Shown here one piece after another: positions 41,136 to 55,456 of a stretch of 64,000 nt of DNA. Under the pieces are notes generated by a model, which was not told the DNA's origin, ran no database searches, and saw only the letters and a list, made by a program, of their open reading frames with translations. How positions within the stretch are numbered: position 1 is the first letter of the stretch; every line of letters starts with the position of its first letter. Position numbers and translations under genes: made by a program. The stretch spans positions 32,614,001-32,678,000 of the forward strand of contig CM052818.1 in the NCBI GenBank assembly GCA_028534125.1. Reading direction: 5' to 3'. The DNA is from Lama glama. Taxonomy: Eukaryota.

Positions 41136-43696
41136 CCCTGGGTTTTGCTGCCCTTAGCCTCTGGGCCCAATTCTGATTTGGCTTAAAACTGCTCCTATTA
41201 GCTGAAGGGCAGGTGGTCTAAGCATCCAGTCCTTGGCAGCCAGCAGAGCTGAATCTGAATCCTGCTTCTTCCAGCTGTGTGACCTCTGGCCAGCACTTAA
41301 CCATTCCCAGCCTCAGTTTCCTCATCTATCAAATGGGGATAATAATTGTACTGATTTGCCAGGGTTGCTATAAGAATTAGTTAGGTGCGTGTATCACCTT
41401 GTGATTTTGTCTAGCCCATCACGGGCCCTCCATCACTGTTTGAGCCCCTCCCCAGAAATATTTGCATAGCAGGAAGCCTATGGCCTCCTCCCAAACCAGA
41501 TTTCACTGCACCAACTTTGGACGACGTGAACCCCAGCAGCCCATGTGTGCTTCCTCCCTGAGCCCAGGCCCTTGGACAGAAACCCCAGGCTGGAGTCTCC
41601 CACCTCAAATAACAATTGCTCCCAACCCCAACCTTACTCCCTTCCCACCCTCACCATCCAAGGGGTAAATGGAGAGCCAGGCCTCATTAATTTTATGCAG
41701 CCGTGCAAAGGAGCCACTTGCCCAAAGACACTACAAATCTTTCCAGGCAGATTCCCCCACATTCTTTACAGAGGAATCGGAAGGTGTGTGAAACACTGAG
41801 CAGGGAGAGCTGACTGCAGGCTGTTCACACATCCGGGAGGCCTGGCCCAGGGCTTGCTGACTGAACCCACGGCTGACCCTCCCATCACTTTCCTGGGGTT
41901 CTCTCCTCTCCTCTAAGACCACTGAGGGCAGGCCAGGGGGGGGCCTCTCCTGAGGCCCTGAAGGGACCAGCTAGCATTAACCAAGCTCCAGGGCGGGGAC
42001 CAAGGAGGACCAGGCAATGAGCACTGAGAACAAGATTTCCTCCAACAGGCACTGGCCCTGAGCCAGAACCCTCAGTCCCGCTGGGCCCGCCGGGGAGGCT
42101 GACTCTCCACAGCCCATCAGGAGGCAAGCTGGTAAGCTGAACTGAACTTCTGAACTCCCTCCAGCAGAAGCCCCAGGAAGGAGGCACTTTCTCCAAACCA
42201 GGGCTGTGGCAGCAAGGAGCAGGGGGAGACCTTCTTGTGCTTTGTGTTGGCTCCCCCATCCCTGTGAGGTTGGAAGGTGTAAAGAAACTCAGAAGATATG
42301 AAGAAACCTGAGTTTATAGATGGGGAAACTGAGGCCTGGCACAGTCAGCCCTTGCCCAAGTCCTGCAGCTTATAAATGAGAGCAAGTCATCCTGGGAACG
42401 CCAGACAGGGTGGGGACAGGAAGAGGCCAGCCTCAGTGTCCCTTAGCTCCACCAGGGTGGGGGGCGTGTAGCATATGTTTCGCACAAGTTCCCCCCAAAC
42501 CCATCCTCACATCACAGTGAGAGCCAGAGCTTCTAAAACACAGATTCAAGAGTTGATCCCCAGCTGGGCACCCCTCATGGCTAGCAGTGTCCTTGCAATA
42601 AAGGCCACACTCAACACCATGACTGTATCTCCTCCTGCTCCCCCTGGTCGCCACCCTGCCCCTGCTAGACTAACCTGCAGAAAACACGTCTTGAAGGCGG
42701 CCTGTACCACACTCTGCCCGGTGCTGGAAACAGAGCAGAGATCAGTGTGCCCTCAGGAGTGGGGTGACAGAAGAGACCCGACAGGTGACCTCCTGTGCAG
42801 CACTACACTACTTGGAATGAGGGAGGCACACTTTGGAAACCAGAGCTCGGAGACCAGACCAGATCCAAGCCCAGCTACCACGTGACCGCGGGCGAGAAAC
42901 AGGCTCTCGGAGACCCCGTATCCCCATGAGCCAAGGAGGGAGGAGGGCAGCTCTCCCCTTCACAGATGTGAGTGACCTTGGAAAGCACTCAGCGCCCCAC
43001 TGGGCATGAGCAGGCACTCTGCGGGGTCACATGCTCACCATTCCATGACGATGTGATGATGACAGTGAGCTGGAGACCCTGAGATGTGGAGCCAGCCTGA
43101 AGCCTGAAGGGTAAAGAGCCATCCAGGAGAGAGCAGGGCTCCTGAAGGTACTGAGCTCCAGGCCTGGGCCCCTGCTAGCACAGGGAGCTGGGGGCTGAGG
43201 GGAAATGGAACTGCCATCTGGAAGCTTCTTGGTAACTCGCCTGCAGAGATCACAGAGGAAAGGGACGTGAACCTCTTGGCACCGGGAATTTGTTGTGATT
43301 TCTTTTATCAGTCTAAACACCCACTTTTGTATCTAATTCTATCTTCTCTCTTAAAGAAGCCCCCAAATTGTTTAAGCTTTCATCTCCACAAAGGCAGGCA
43401 TACCCTGTAGAGAGGCCTGCTGGCAAGGGAAGAGACTCTGGAGGAATTCCAGGAAGTGGGAGCCTGCGCGGCATGCAGTGGAAGGAGGGAGACTGGTGAA
43501 GGGGATGAGGGAGAAGGGACCAGATCACAGGCCTCTGAGCTGCCTTAAAGCGTGTGCACTCACGGCCCCCAAACGTGTGGCTCTTGGACACTGGGTGTCT
43601 AATAGCCCCACCTGGAAAGCACCCCCCACCTCATCCCTTGCACACACACATGCTTGTGTGCCTGGTAAATCCCTACTCATCTTTCAAGACACAGCC

Positions 43697-43841
43697 TGTG
43701 ATGGGTGGGACTGAATCTCCTAAAAATTCATATGTTGAAGTCCTATCCCAATAACTCAGAATGAAACCTCACTTGGCGATAGAGTAATTAGCTAAGTTAA
43801 GAGGAAGTCTTACCTGATACCCTTACAAAAAGGGGAAATTT

Positions 43842-43875
<34 letters not shown>

Positions 43876-44095
43876 GGAGAACACTATGTGGAGATTGGAG
43901 TTATGTTGCCACAGCCAAGCAACTACCAGAATTAAGGGACAGGCCTGGAATGCCCTTCCCTAGCACCGTCAGAGGGAGCATGGCCCTGGTAACAGCTTGG
44001 TTTTGGACACCTGCCCCTGTGAGACAATACGTTTCTGTCATTCTGAGCTGCCCAGTGTGTGGTCTTTCATTACCGCATGCCTGGAAACCAACACA
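43697..44095 (+). mobile_element. ERVL-MaLR solo LTR (MLT1B/C-like) with internal (CA)n
   Basis: TG...aattcatatgttgaagtcct...gagggagcatggccctg...ctgtgagacaata...ggaaaccaacaCA. Confidence 0.85.
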
Positions 44096-44997
44096 GAGCT
44101 CAAACATCCTCTCCTATGTCCCCTGTGCTCCTGCTAGAGTCTGAGTGCGGGATGTCTCTGCTCCCTCCACCTGCTCCGTGCTGATCAGCAGATGGAGACC
44201 CATCCTCTGGGCTACATCAACAGGCCCTCTTGCCTTCTGGCTTCCTTGGGTTTGGCCAGTGAAGGCGACAGAAAAGGCCAGGGTTTTATTCTCCCTACAT
44301 CCTCCACGCAGTCCTTCTGGGCTGGTGGCAGCCCTCTTCATTTCTGAGATCTTTACTCCTTTCAAGCCTACAGTGATGGAGGGGCCCAGCATGACCAGCC
44401 AGCCACTGAACTACCCCTGTGGCTTCTCCACATCCTGCCTACACCTGTATAAATCCTTATGAAACTGTCCTCCAATCACCCAATATGAGCATGTATCTGT
44501 CTCTGGCCAGTCCCCATGTTTCCTCACATCACACTGACTCTCTGGTGAGCTTGCTTGATGACTTTGTGTCTGTGTCCCTCCACATTCTGTGAGCTCCTTA
44601 AAGGCAAGGACCATGAGTGTTTACTTACACACACCCAGCACGGGGCACAAGGCCCAGCCAGCCCAGAAGGCACTGAATAAATACTTGAGATGCATGAATT
44701 AAACGGACAAATCAACCGTGCAGAATCATAAGCCAGGAGGGCTCTTGAAACACCAGATAAGTCGTCCCTACCCCATCCACAGAGGACAGCCCTTGTCTGT
44801 CCACCCAGAAAGCAGCTCAAGGAGGTCTCAAAAACCATTATTCTGTAATTTTCCATGCTAGTGAGTTCGGACAGTGGAAGATGATTATGTGTTGACCCTA
44901 TTCCCTCAATAAAAATGTCACCAAGGGTTCTCTTGGCCCTCATTGATTTGTAAAATGAATTAAACTGCTTCTATTTCCAGCAATGTGAAGGACTAGA

Positions 44998-45645
44998 TGT
45001 CCTGGACACACTTCCCATTGCAAAGCATCTGGATGTCCTGGTAAAGATACACAAATAGGCTTCTAAATACATAGCTGGGCTCTTAATAGGGACTTCGCTG
45101 AGGGCTGCACTGCCCGCACTCTTCCTCACTCCTGGCCTTAGCTCATGCTATTCCCGCCACCTGAAAAGCCTTTCCCACACCCCTTCTCACCACTTTATGT
45201 GCACATATCACCCCTGGGCCAGGGCCCACTCCCCTTTGGGGAACCCTCCCTGCTCTCCAGGGCCTCCTCTGCTTCTCTGGTCCCTGCACATCCCCATCAT
45301 AGCTCCACTCTGCACACTGAGCTGTAACTGTCCACCCCAGCCCAGCCCCCAGCCAGCAGTACGTACACACACGCACACACACACACACACACACAAATGG
45401 CTGTGAGCTCTGTAAGGGCAGGGTGCAGGTCTTTAGATCCCTAGAACCAGCACCAGCCAGAGTGTGCAGAAGACACTCAGTACACAAGGCAGGAGTGACA
45501 GTGTGGAGGACAGGGGATGGTGAGTGGCACAGAGCCCCCTTTCCCTGCAACATTCAGTAGGTGTCCTGAACACATCTCTCATTGTAGTATCTGGACATCC
45601 TGGTTAAAATTTACAAATAGGTGTCTAAACACATAGCTGGGCTCT
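44998..45645 (+). repeat. Diverged direct repeat, copies 44998-45083 and 45562-45645
   Basis: Both copies share tgtcctg..caca...cattg...atctgga..tcctggt...acaaatagg...ctaaa.acatagctgggctct. Confidence 0.85.
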
Positions 45646-46929
45646 GTAGAGACAAGGGAAGACCCTTGTCTCTGCTTAGGTTCCCAACTCTGTCCTCTGT
45701 CCTGGGCAGGATAAAGTGAGGACAGACCAACAGTGATTAGCCAAGGGTTCCAGACAAGGAGACCAGGGAGTTGGCCCCAGCCTTGACTCTGTCATCAACT
45801 TTCCTGTGTGACCTCCAGTAAGTCCCTGTCTTCCTCAGGCTTCCAAACTGTCATTTGTGAAACAAGGCAATCAGACACTGCATGACCTCCAGGTCTCTCG
45901 CTCTGACACCCTATATTCTAGGTCCCACCCCAGGCTGAGGAGAAGGGCTGGAGGCCTCCTCCCTTCTGAATGCTATACAACCCCACAGAGAAACAGAACA
46001 GTAGAGGCAAGCTAGCACTGTTTCTAGGCTGACACTTGGGCTGACTCATCCTCCCAAAATTTCTCTCACGTTCCCTCTTACCCCAGCCCACCTCTCATGG
46101 CCCAGCCTGGGTGGGGGTGATCAGACGCTACTAAGGGCACAGACCCCACCCAATTGGCATCCCTCTCTGGGCTGGCTTGTTCCCTGGGAAGTCCCTGGGA
46201 AACTCCAAATTAATATATGCAAAATAATATATGCCACAGGGTCAGAGAGGGGACCAAACCAAATAGGAAATTATAGATGAAGGAGACTGATTCCTAGAGA
46301 GTCACAGCAGAGATCAGTGGTAGAGACAGGACATGGGCCAAGGCCTTCTGATTATGCTGCTTCTGGCCTAGCTGCCCCTCAGGGACTTCTCCCAAGAGAA
46401 GGCAACCCCTTACCCTACATAGGGTGCCCTTCCTTCCTTTCCCCTACTAAAGGGAGTGTTAGGGAAGAAGAGCTCACTGCCCCATGGCCACAGAATACCT
46501 GATCCTTCAGCAACGAATTGATGGATAGGTGAGAGGAGGAAAGAGAGGAGGGAAGGGAGGAGGGAGGGAGGAGGGAGGGAAGAAGAGAGGGAAACTAATA
46601 TGTGAATGAATGAATAAAAGAATGAATGTGAATAAACAGAGATGAAGGGCAGAGGGAGGGAGTCAACAGGCGAGTGAATAATTTGGGAGCCAATAAGGAA
46701 AAAGTACTGGATACATTATTATAAGAACATGCAAAGAAATAAGAAAATTCTTAAAATGCTCTCATATTTCCCATTTGTGAAGGTTCATCAAACTTATGAT
46801 CACATATTGATGATATGTGCACATTTCTGTACATACATTTTTCTTTTCAAGCCTCCACTTACCAGGGTCCAGTGGGGAATGGAACTTCCACCCCCCACCC
46901 ATTGGCAATGAGGCGAGGCACAGGAGTGT

Positions 46930-47700
46930 GAGACAGTGCTATCATAAAATGCTTTGATGAACGATTATGAACATGCTTGAACACATAAAAATTAGAAAGT
47001 CTCAGCAAAGAAATAAAAGATATACAGAAGAGCCAGCTGGAAATTTAGAACTGAAAAACATAACTGAAATAAACAACTCAAGGTGACTATGACTACGGCA
47101 GAGGAAAGAATCAGTAAGCTTGAAGACAGAACAATAGAAATTACCCAATATGAATAACAGAGAGAAAATAGACTGAAAAGAAGTGAGCAGAGCTTCGGGG
47201 ACCTAAATGTTATAACCAGAGATCTAACATTTGTATTACTGGGTGAAGAGGAGAAAGAGTGTGGGGCTAAAAAAGGATTCAAAGAAATAACAGCTGAAAA
47301 CATCCCAAGTTCAGTGAAAGATATTAATTTACAGATTCAAGAAGATGAGCCAATCCCAAATGAAATAAACCTAAAGAAATCCACTTCAAAACATGTCATA
47401 AACAAAGTTCAGAAAACTAAAGACAAAAAAAAATCTTGAAAGAGAAAAACTGTCAACCCAGAATTCTATATCCAGCAAAGACTATCCCTCAGGAATGAAG
47501 ATGAAATCAAGATGCCCACAGACAGATGAAAGCAACTAACAGAATTTGCCATCATCAGACCAACCCTAAAGGAATGGCTAAGAGAATTTCTTCACATAGA
47601 AAGGAAATTATTAAGGAAATTATAAAAGAGGGAAACTTGAGACATCAGGAACAAGGAAAGAACAAAGAAAGAGTAAAAACGTGGGTACATGTAAAAAGCT
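46930..47700 (+). mobile_element. Old L1M ORF1 fragment
   Basis: gcagaggaaagaatcagtaagcttgaagacagaacaatagaaattacccaa; aacccagaattctatatccagcaaa. Confidence 0.85.
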
Positions 47701-50700
47701 GTTCTTTTCCTCCCTGGGACAGGGGAGGCACGTAGGGTGAAACAGAGTGTCCCAAAGGCTTGCGATTGGACACCATCAAGGGACAATGTGAAGGAGCATA
47801 TCTGAGGCATTTTGAGCTATTGACGAATGCCAGCTAGCGTGCTTGTAAAGGTTCTTTGTTGTTTAAGACGTTCTGAGGAGGGTTTTCTATCACTTGAAGC
47901 TGACGTTTTCCTAACTGATAAGGCCACTGACTTTCTGAGACTTCCCATCCAAAGACCCTTGTGCTAAGGAGAGTATAATGACTAAAACACAAGCCTCGAC
48001 AAATATCCCTCACTAGGGCGATACATCATTTGACTCACAAGAACACAAATCACATCCTTGGTGTGGACCTGTGTAGCACAAATAGGCTAATCAAAGAAAC
48101 TTGCCCCAGCCCAAGCAGAAAAGCAAGCAGGTGAGAACAGACTTGACTCTTCTGCGCCAGAGACTGGGGGCAGGCACCGTGCTGAGGGAAATGCTCAGTC
48201 TGTGTTCATATCTGCTTCTCCTGTGGGAAGGATGTCAGCCATCCACAGCCCAGCCGCAGGAATGAGAACATGACGGTGAGGAGCTCTAGACCACTATGTA
48301 AGCGACAGAGAAGACACAGAGGAAAAGGAGGTCTCCGCTGAGCCACTGAAGGGTCACAAGCCATAGTGGACTGGGCTTGGCGCCACAGCTCCAGAGGCCA
48401 GGATGCTACTTTATGGATATGCAGGAGGGTGAGCTTCTTCACACTCTCACAAGTGGCTCCCCCAGGGGCACTGAACACTCCATCCTCCGGCATGTGCGAG
48501 GAGAAGGTAGACAGCACCCTGCAGGCTCTCCCAGCCAGCCTCCGACTCCCTAACCTGCACAGCTGTTAGCATAGCTGACATGGTCATGTCGGAGCCCTTA
48601 CAGTTCCCCCCTTCCTTCCACTGACGCTATCCAGGACTACACGCTGCAGTAAATCACTTCTGTGTCGTCAAGGACTTTGTTTAATAACCATTAGGACCAG
48701 GTGGCCTTTTTTTTTTTTATGCTCTGTTAGTCCCCAAACAATGATGAATATCCTTGCTAATGTATCCCCTACCCCCACGAGACAAGTTACCAATTCATAA
48801 ATCTTGACTTAGGAATGCAGTTCTGTTTCCAAGCACCTCCTCACCACCCTAGGTTAACTATAAAATTGTCCCAGCGGCCCCTTGGCGGGGCAGACTGCAG
48901 TGGACAATGCTTCCAGATAGTTGTCTGTCCCATCCTATCCTGTGACTAATTACACTATAATAAACTGATCTATTGATAACATGGAGCTGCCTGCTTTGTG
49001 GTTCTGTCTCAAAATAATTTCTCAGTTTGGTGAGTACTTTTCGTTCTTTCCAACCTCCAACACCAAGCCCACTAAGAACACTTACAGCTCGGCGATTCTG
49101 GGCTGTGGGGCAGACAGGACATACAGTCTTCTGGGTTTCAGGTGGGTTCTGCGTTTCATTCCAGCTGTATTCTGAAATCGTGCTGCTAGCCAGACCTGCC
49201 TCAGGGCCAGTGGGAATCTCCATTCCAGCCATTCCCCAGTTGTTTTATGGAAATGTGAATGCTAAAAAAAAAAGAAAAAAAAAGTTCTGGTTAAAAAGTT
49301 TGGGAAACATGAATTTAAATAATGCTGAAATAGTTTTTTAATTATACCTCTTCTGAGGGCCTTTTCATAGGTTCTATGTGTTGTAAGGCTCCAGTAAAGG
49401 GGTAGCATATGAAGCAACATCCAAATATATATGACCATAGACCTATTTGTTCATGAAATATTTCTCAGGACCAGAGCTATAAGGAACACGTTATAAAACA
49501 AGGCTCTGTCTCAAAGTTTCCAAGGCAACTAGGCCAGAACTTAAGCTCAACCGAATAACCAATTTATAATTTGATTCAAATCATATTTTACATCTTGGGA
49601 CCATCAAGACAAATCATGTCTCAGGAAAGGTGTCCAGACCAGCCAGGGTGCGGCTCTCCCTCTCCAGCTGGTACTAGAATATCACTACTTCCCTCCAGAA
49701 AACTCATCGGAAGCAGATGAGGAAGAAGACTCCTTCCCATGGGAACATTCCTCAGACAAGATGCAAGAGCAGCCTCAGGGTGAGGAGAGAGAGGGAATGC
49801 ATCTTCCCAGCACCAGGAAGTCTGTCAAGGATCTCCACCCCTCCACCACCAATCTTCTCTGGAAAAACCATCAACGACCACAAATGCTAGCTTTTTGAGC
49901 CATTTCGCCTCCTTTGGAATATGACTGACTCCCTAAGCCTCCCACGCAGCACCTGAGGAGCCAGACTTCAGGGGAGTTTTCAGAGGCCCAGTCCCAGTTC
50001 TGCAGCCTCCAGGCCTGTTGGGCCCCTGCAGCCTCAAGGCATCACCGTCAGCCAGGGCTCTCTGGGAGGGAGAAGACAGGAGGAGACATGCATCCTCTCT
50101 GGAGAGCCAAGCGGGGCCAGCCAGAACAAGGACCACCCCCACCCCCATCCACATTCTCTGGGCACTGGCTCTGTTTGATGTGGATGGAAAGAAAAGACTC
50201 TTGTTTCTTTTCTTTTTTCTCAGTGTTCCCCCAGGTGACAGTTACCATGGATGTAAATCAATTTGTGGTGGCTGTCAGTTGCCAGTTGAATATAAAGAGC
50301 AAGCTCTCCCTGAGTCACCATCACACAGTGACACAAGAGGGAGCCAGCAACTGACAGTGACTGATAGCAAGCTTAGGCCTGCTGCCCAAGCAGACGCCAG
50401 TGAACGCCTGCTCCGGGGAGTCCACGTTGGTTTCTAACATGACACACATGCATACACTCCAGGGGTGAGTAATTGGACATAGATGAATACTGATTAACTC
50501 CGTCTACCCCTCACTAATATGCAGGACACCCAGAACTCTAAAGAATACTTTCCTGGAATGCCTAAAGAAAATATCCAAAAATAAGCCCCTGAGAGAGGGC
50601 CTTGTAAAGGCTCATTTAATAATCAGAGCTACCATTTAACATTGGCCAAGATATATATGTACAGTTCTCTTTTACACATGAAACTTCTCAAATCCAGAGT

Positions 50701-51059
50701 CTTGCCAATGCCTCTGAAATGCAGGAGGCTCTCCTATGGAACTCATGAGCTATCATAATGTGGGTGAAAAACAGGTGTCATTTCTCCTGTGTTCTTGGGA
50801 ACTAGGCAGATGTTATAAACCATCATTGCATGGGGATGGTATAGTCTTATTTTTGTATTTATAGATACATATGCACATAGAAAAGTCTGGAAAGATATAT
50901 GCTCAAACATTTTCACTTACTTCAGGATGGAGGGGACTAAGGATGATTTTTACTTCAATTGGTATTTCAAGGTTTTCTGCTATAAACATTGATTATTTAT
51001 ATGCATTTTTAAATTACTATAATAAAGACTATGTGGCCACATAAAAAGATAAATAATCA

Positions 51060-53260
51060 AAAGTTAAATGAGACGTCTCCTTCTGTCGTGATGCAATAAC
51101 ATAAACCAGATTCACCCTCCCACAATAAACAATCAGAAAACCAGACAAAAATACATGAAACCATTATTTTCAGACATTGGACAATAGGTAGCACTGTGAC
51201 TCCTGAGAGAAAGGAAACAGATGAAGGGAGGCTGGCAGGAGTCCTAGCTTTCTTCCTGAAGGCATGTTCCAGACCAGAAAGCAGAGACAGCAAATCCCAA
51301 TCCAACTTTGTTGATAAGACATAGACAGGGGTGAAGAGAAGCTAAGACACTTGAAAGTCGCAGGAAAGAGTTCTGGTGAAGAGAGAGGTAGGTAAAAAAA
51401 ACAGCTTCAAAAAAAACCCTGCCTGGGAGTGCCCTTGATTTTTTACTGAATACGAAGATGCTCATACATAGGATGAAATTCCAGGAGGTCAGACAAACAG
51501 CTACCAAGAAACAGTGAGCTGAACAGCTCCCAGAGATTACACAGCATTTAAGTTGCAACTAGCCAAAAAGGAGAATCCTTGTTAATAACTCAGGGCATTC
51601 ACGAGGGAACTCAGTAGGGCCACACATATTGTGATATACATGGTGAACCCTAGAGCCATCACTAAAGAAATAAAACAGAAGTAAAGCAAATAAGCCAATA
51701 GTGATGATAAAATGGAATTTTAAAAATACTCAACCCAATGTCACAAAAAGAGGAAGAAGGGGGAACAAAGAACAGATGAGACAAACAGAAAACAAACAGC
51801 AAACTGGTCCATTTAATCTCAATCATAATGATACCTACACTAAATATAAACAGTCAAAATATTCAAGAAAAAAAAGGAAGACAATTAGACTAATAAAAGT
51901 CAGACCCAATTATATGCTGCTTACAAGAGACACACTTTAAAATTTAAAAACACAGGTAGGTTAAAAGTGAAAGGATGGAAAAAGATACATTGTGTAAACT
52001 AAGAAAACTGGAGTGGCTACATTAATATTAGATGAAGTAGACATTAGGATAAGAGATATTACCAGGTACAAAGAAGGACATTTCACAATGACAAAGAGGT
52101 CAATTCATCAAGAAGATACAATGATCTTAAAGGTGTATGTAACAAATAACAAAGCTTAATATACATGAAGTAAAAGCTGACAGAACTGAAGAAAAACAGA
52201 CAGATCCACATCTATAGTTCATACTTCAATAGACTTCTTTCAATAAATGATAAGTAAACACAGCAAGTAGAAAACCTGAACAACACTATCAAATAATTTG
52301 ACCTAACTGATATTTATAGAACACTCCATCCCACAAGAGCACATACACATTCTTTTCAAGTTCATAAGAAACATTCACCAAGACAGATCATATAACTGGG
52401 CCATTAAACAAGCCTCAATAAATATTAAAAACTTAAGTTATACAGAGGGAGTTTTCTTACCACAAGAGAATTAATTTAGGAATTAACAGAAAGATCTTTG
52501 GAAAATCCCAAAATATTTAGAAATGAAAGATCACACTTCTAAATAATCCATGAGTCAAAGGAGAACTCACAAATATAGCCATAATTTTATAGTAACTTTA
52601 AATGGACTATAAAGCTATAAAAGCTATAAAAATATTGAATCACTATGCTGTACACATGTATTGTAAGTCAACTATAATTTTTAAAAAGGAGAACTCACAA
52701 GGGAAAAGAGAAACTAGAAAATGTTTTGTATTGAATGAAAATGAAAACACAGCCTATCGATATTTGTCAGGTGCAGCTAAAGCAGCACTTACAGGAAGGT
52801 TCAGCTTTCAGTGCTACACTGGAAACAACCCAAATCACCAACAGAAAGGAAGAACATTGTGGCACATTCATACAATGGAATACCACTTGGCAATAAAAAG
52901 AACTATAGGTACATGCAAAAACATCAATAAATCACAAAAACATTGTGTTGAGTATCCTTCATTGGAAACTCAGAATCAAAAGAGTACATTTATTGATTAT
53001 TTATAGGAAGCTCTTGGAAATACCTCTATTTCATAGTGTCAGAAAGCATATCAGTGGCTGCCTCAGATTTGTGGGGAGGAGGCATACCGGGATTAACTGG
53101 GAAGATGCACAAGGGAATCTTTTGGGTGCTGAATATTTCCTATATCTGGATTGTGTCCTGGTTATACAGCTGTAAACATTTGTTGAACCTATTGACCTGT
53201 ATCCTTAAAATGTTTTTATTGATGGTAAATTATACCTCGATAAAGGGTTTTTAAAAAAAT
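51060..53260 (+). mobile_element. Fragmented old L1M (5' region, ORF2 endonuclease remnant, 3' end)
   Basis: ccaattatatgctgcttacaagagacacactt (ICCLQETH motif) at about 51906; aacattcaccaagacagatcatat; cacattcatacaatggaatac. Confidence 0.85.
52573..52684 (+). mobile_element. About 110-bp L1 3' tail nested in older L1, with perfect 16-bp TSD
   Basis: aaaggagaactcacaa at 52557-52572 and 52685-52700 flanks ...gaatcactatgctgtacac...gtaagtcaactata. Confidence 0.85.
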
Positions 53261-53384
53261 ACCATCACTAATAATGGGACAAGGTGTCACTCTCTCACCT
53301 CCTGATGGGCTGCAATATGAAGTATACAGCATCACCTCTGATGTCTTATCAAAACTATTAAATCTAAATCTAATCAATCCTTAA

Positions 53385-53585
53385 GCTCCATGCTGTTCCA
53401 TACCACATGTGTGGCTATTTAAATGTAAATTAATGAATAAAAATTAAATAAAATGTAAAATTTAGTTACTCAGCCACACTGGCTACATTTTAAGTGCTCA
53501 GTGACCACATGTGGCTAGTGACTACCATATTGGACACTGCAGAGAACATTTTCATCATTACAGAAAGTTCTACTGGATAACACTG
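53385..53585 (+). mobile_element. hAT-Charlie MITE (MER3/MER33-like)
   Basis: ccacatgtggctagtgactaccatattggaca...agaacattttcatcattacagaaagttctactgga. Confidence 0.75.
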
Positions 53586-53599
53586 AGATATAACATCCA

Positions 53600-54175
53600 G
53601 ATTATAGAAAATACAGGGAGAAATGAATTAAACACACAACAGGGAAACAATCAAATCAAGCGTGTGGCTCATTCTACAAGACAGCTAGCCTGGTGTCTTC
53701 AATATGTCAATGTCATAGAAAAAACTAAGGAGGGGAAGGGGAAGAGAAAGTCTTCAAGCAAAAGTAAACAAAAAAGATGTTTTAACAACAAAATCCAGTG
53801 AGTGAACCTTGATTGGATCCTGGTTTGAAAAAAAACCAACTATAGAAGATATCTGGGGACAACTGGGAAAAACTGAAAGTGAACTGGATATTGGATGACA
53901 TTAGAGAATTACTGTTCGATTTTTTGGTGTAACATGGTATTGTGACTATGATAATTTTTAGGAGGTACACACTGAAGTATTTAGGAGTAAAGTGCCATGA
54001 CATCTTCAATTTACTTTCTAAAAGATCAGCAAAAATAAATACATGCACGCAAATGCAGATGAAGCAAAATATCAACAATGGTTTAACCTAAGTGGTGTGC
54101 ATAGAGAGTTATACTCTTGTTTTAACTTGTGTATATTTGAAATTGTCATAAGGGGGGACAAGAAGTGAAAAAAAA
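53600..54175 (+). mobile_element. Old L1 (L1MC/ME-like) 3' end
   Basis: gtgaaccttgattggatcctgg, ggggacaactgggaaaa, ctgaagtatttaggagtaaagtgccatgacatct. Confidence 0.7.
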
Positions 54176-55405
54176 TTTACCCCCACACTGTCATTGACAT
54201 AATGTAAAATCATGGTTTTTACGGACAAAATCTACTGGAAAAATCAATGCAGCTGGTGTATGGTATTGTGATTTTTCTCTGATTTTTGGCTTTATTGTTA
54301 TTACTTCACTTGTGAAGGAAATGCAGAAAGGGATACATCAATTCAAGCTTCCTATGCTCAGTGACTCTTAGAGACTAAGAGCTGCTGCTGCTTCTCTGTC
54401 AGCTGGGCGTTTTCAGGCCGCTGTTTGTAGTCCAGTTGAGGGTGTGGTGGGTCCAGGAAGGATGGAGGTAGACCAGCTGCCTGTTCCATGGGCACTGCCC
54501 AAATCTGTGTACCTAGAGGTGCCAGCCCACAGCCTGGAGACTCAATCTCCTCTAAGTCGGGATTCACTTTTGGTCCCTCCCATGATGCATGTTTCTGGGC
54601 TAGAGACCATCAAGGTTCTGTTTTGGGACCTAGACCCCAGAAAAGAAAGAGAGCTGGAAACACCTCAGTTTCTCTGGGCCAAGCTGAAACAGTGGGGTTC
54701 AGAAAACACACCCCCACTCATCAGGGGGGTTACACAGGAAGAGCAGCTTTCTTCAAGATGCCTGGTCTGTGACAAGAAGAAATTTGCACAAAGCAAGGCT
54801 GGCACCTAGTGGTTGCTTCTTACGTTGCCGTTGTCCTTCTAACCTGAGAAAGCAGTAACCAAGGCAATCTGGATAAGCCTGATGAGGATGAGAGAAAACG
54901 TGATGACAGCGCCCAGGTGCTAAGTGCACCCTCCAAACTCAGCAAATTCCAGCAAAAGCAAGAAGCACACACATGTGTGCTCTAGACCCAGAAAGCCTAA
55001 TAAGGGAGAAAGGACCATTTGGGGACACGTAAGAAAAATTTGCCGCTTAGCTGAATCAAGGACCTCAGTTGTAAGTGTTCAAGTTGCAAGTTTTTAGAAC
55101 ACACCTATTAAGCATCTATTTGCCACTAACTGTAATCACTTTTGCTTCCTAGAAGGCCTCCCTCAAGGCTGGGTCAGTGTACTCAAGTCCTCAGTTCCAA
55201 TTCCAGGTTGTGAGTAGATCAATCTCTCCTTTATTGTAGCCTCCAGCACTTCACCTTTGAAGTAAATGACATTCACTTCATTCCATCTTGTATTCTAATT
55301 AGTTGTTTAACTTATCCCCATCCTTACAGTGTACTTGCCATCACCCCAATCCCAGAGACATTCTACACACCCCATAGACAGAATGCGGGCCATCTTGGAA
55401 GCAGG

Positions 55406-55407
<2 letters not shown>

Positions 55408-55452
<45 letters not shown>
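55408..55452. repeat. (GA)n microsatellite at ERV left breakpoint
   Basis: Directly visible. Confidence 0.95.

Positions 55453-55456
<4 letters not shown>

Noticed and set aside
39657..41176. Several long overlapping ORFs of 185-208 aa on both strands
   Set aside because: GC-rich promoter-proximal DNA depleted of stop codons; low-complexity P/G/S/R composition with no recognisable domain or splice-phase support.
46540..46590. (GGGA)n purine tract with G-quadruplex/H-DNA potential
   Set aside because: Common low-complexity tract next to an (ATGA)n L2-type tail, with no supporting context.
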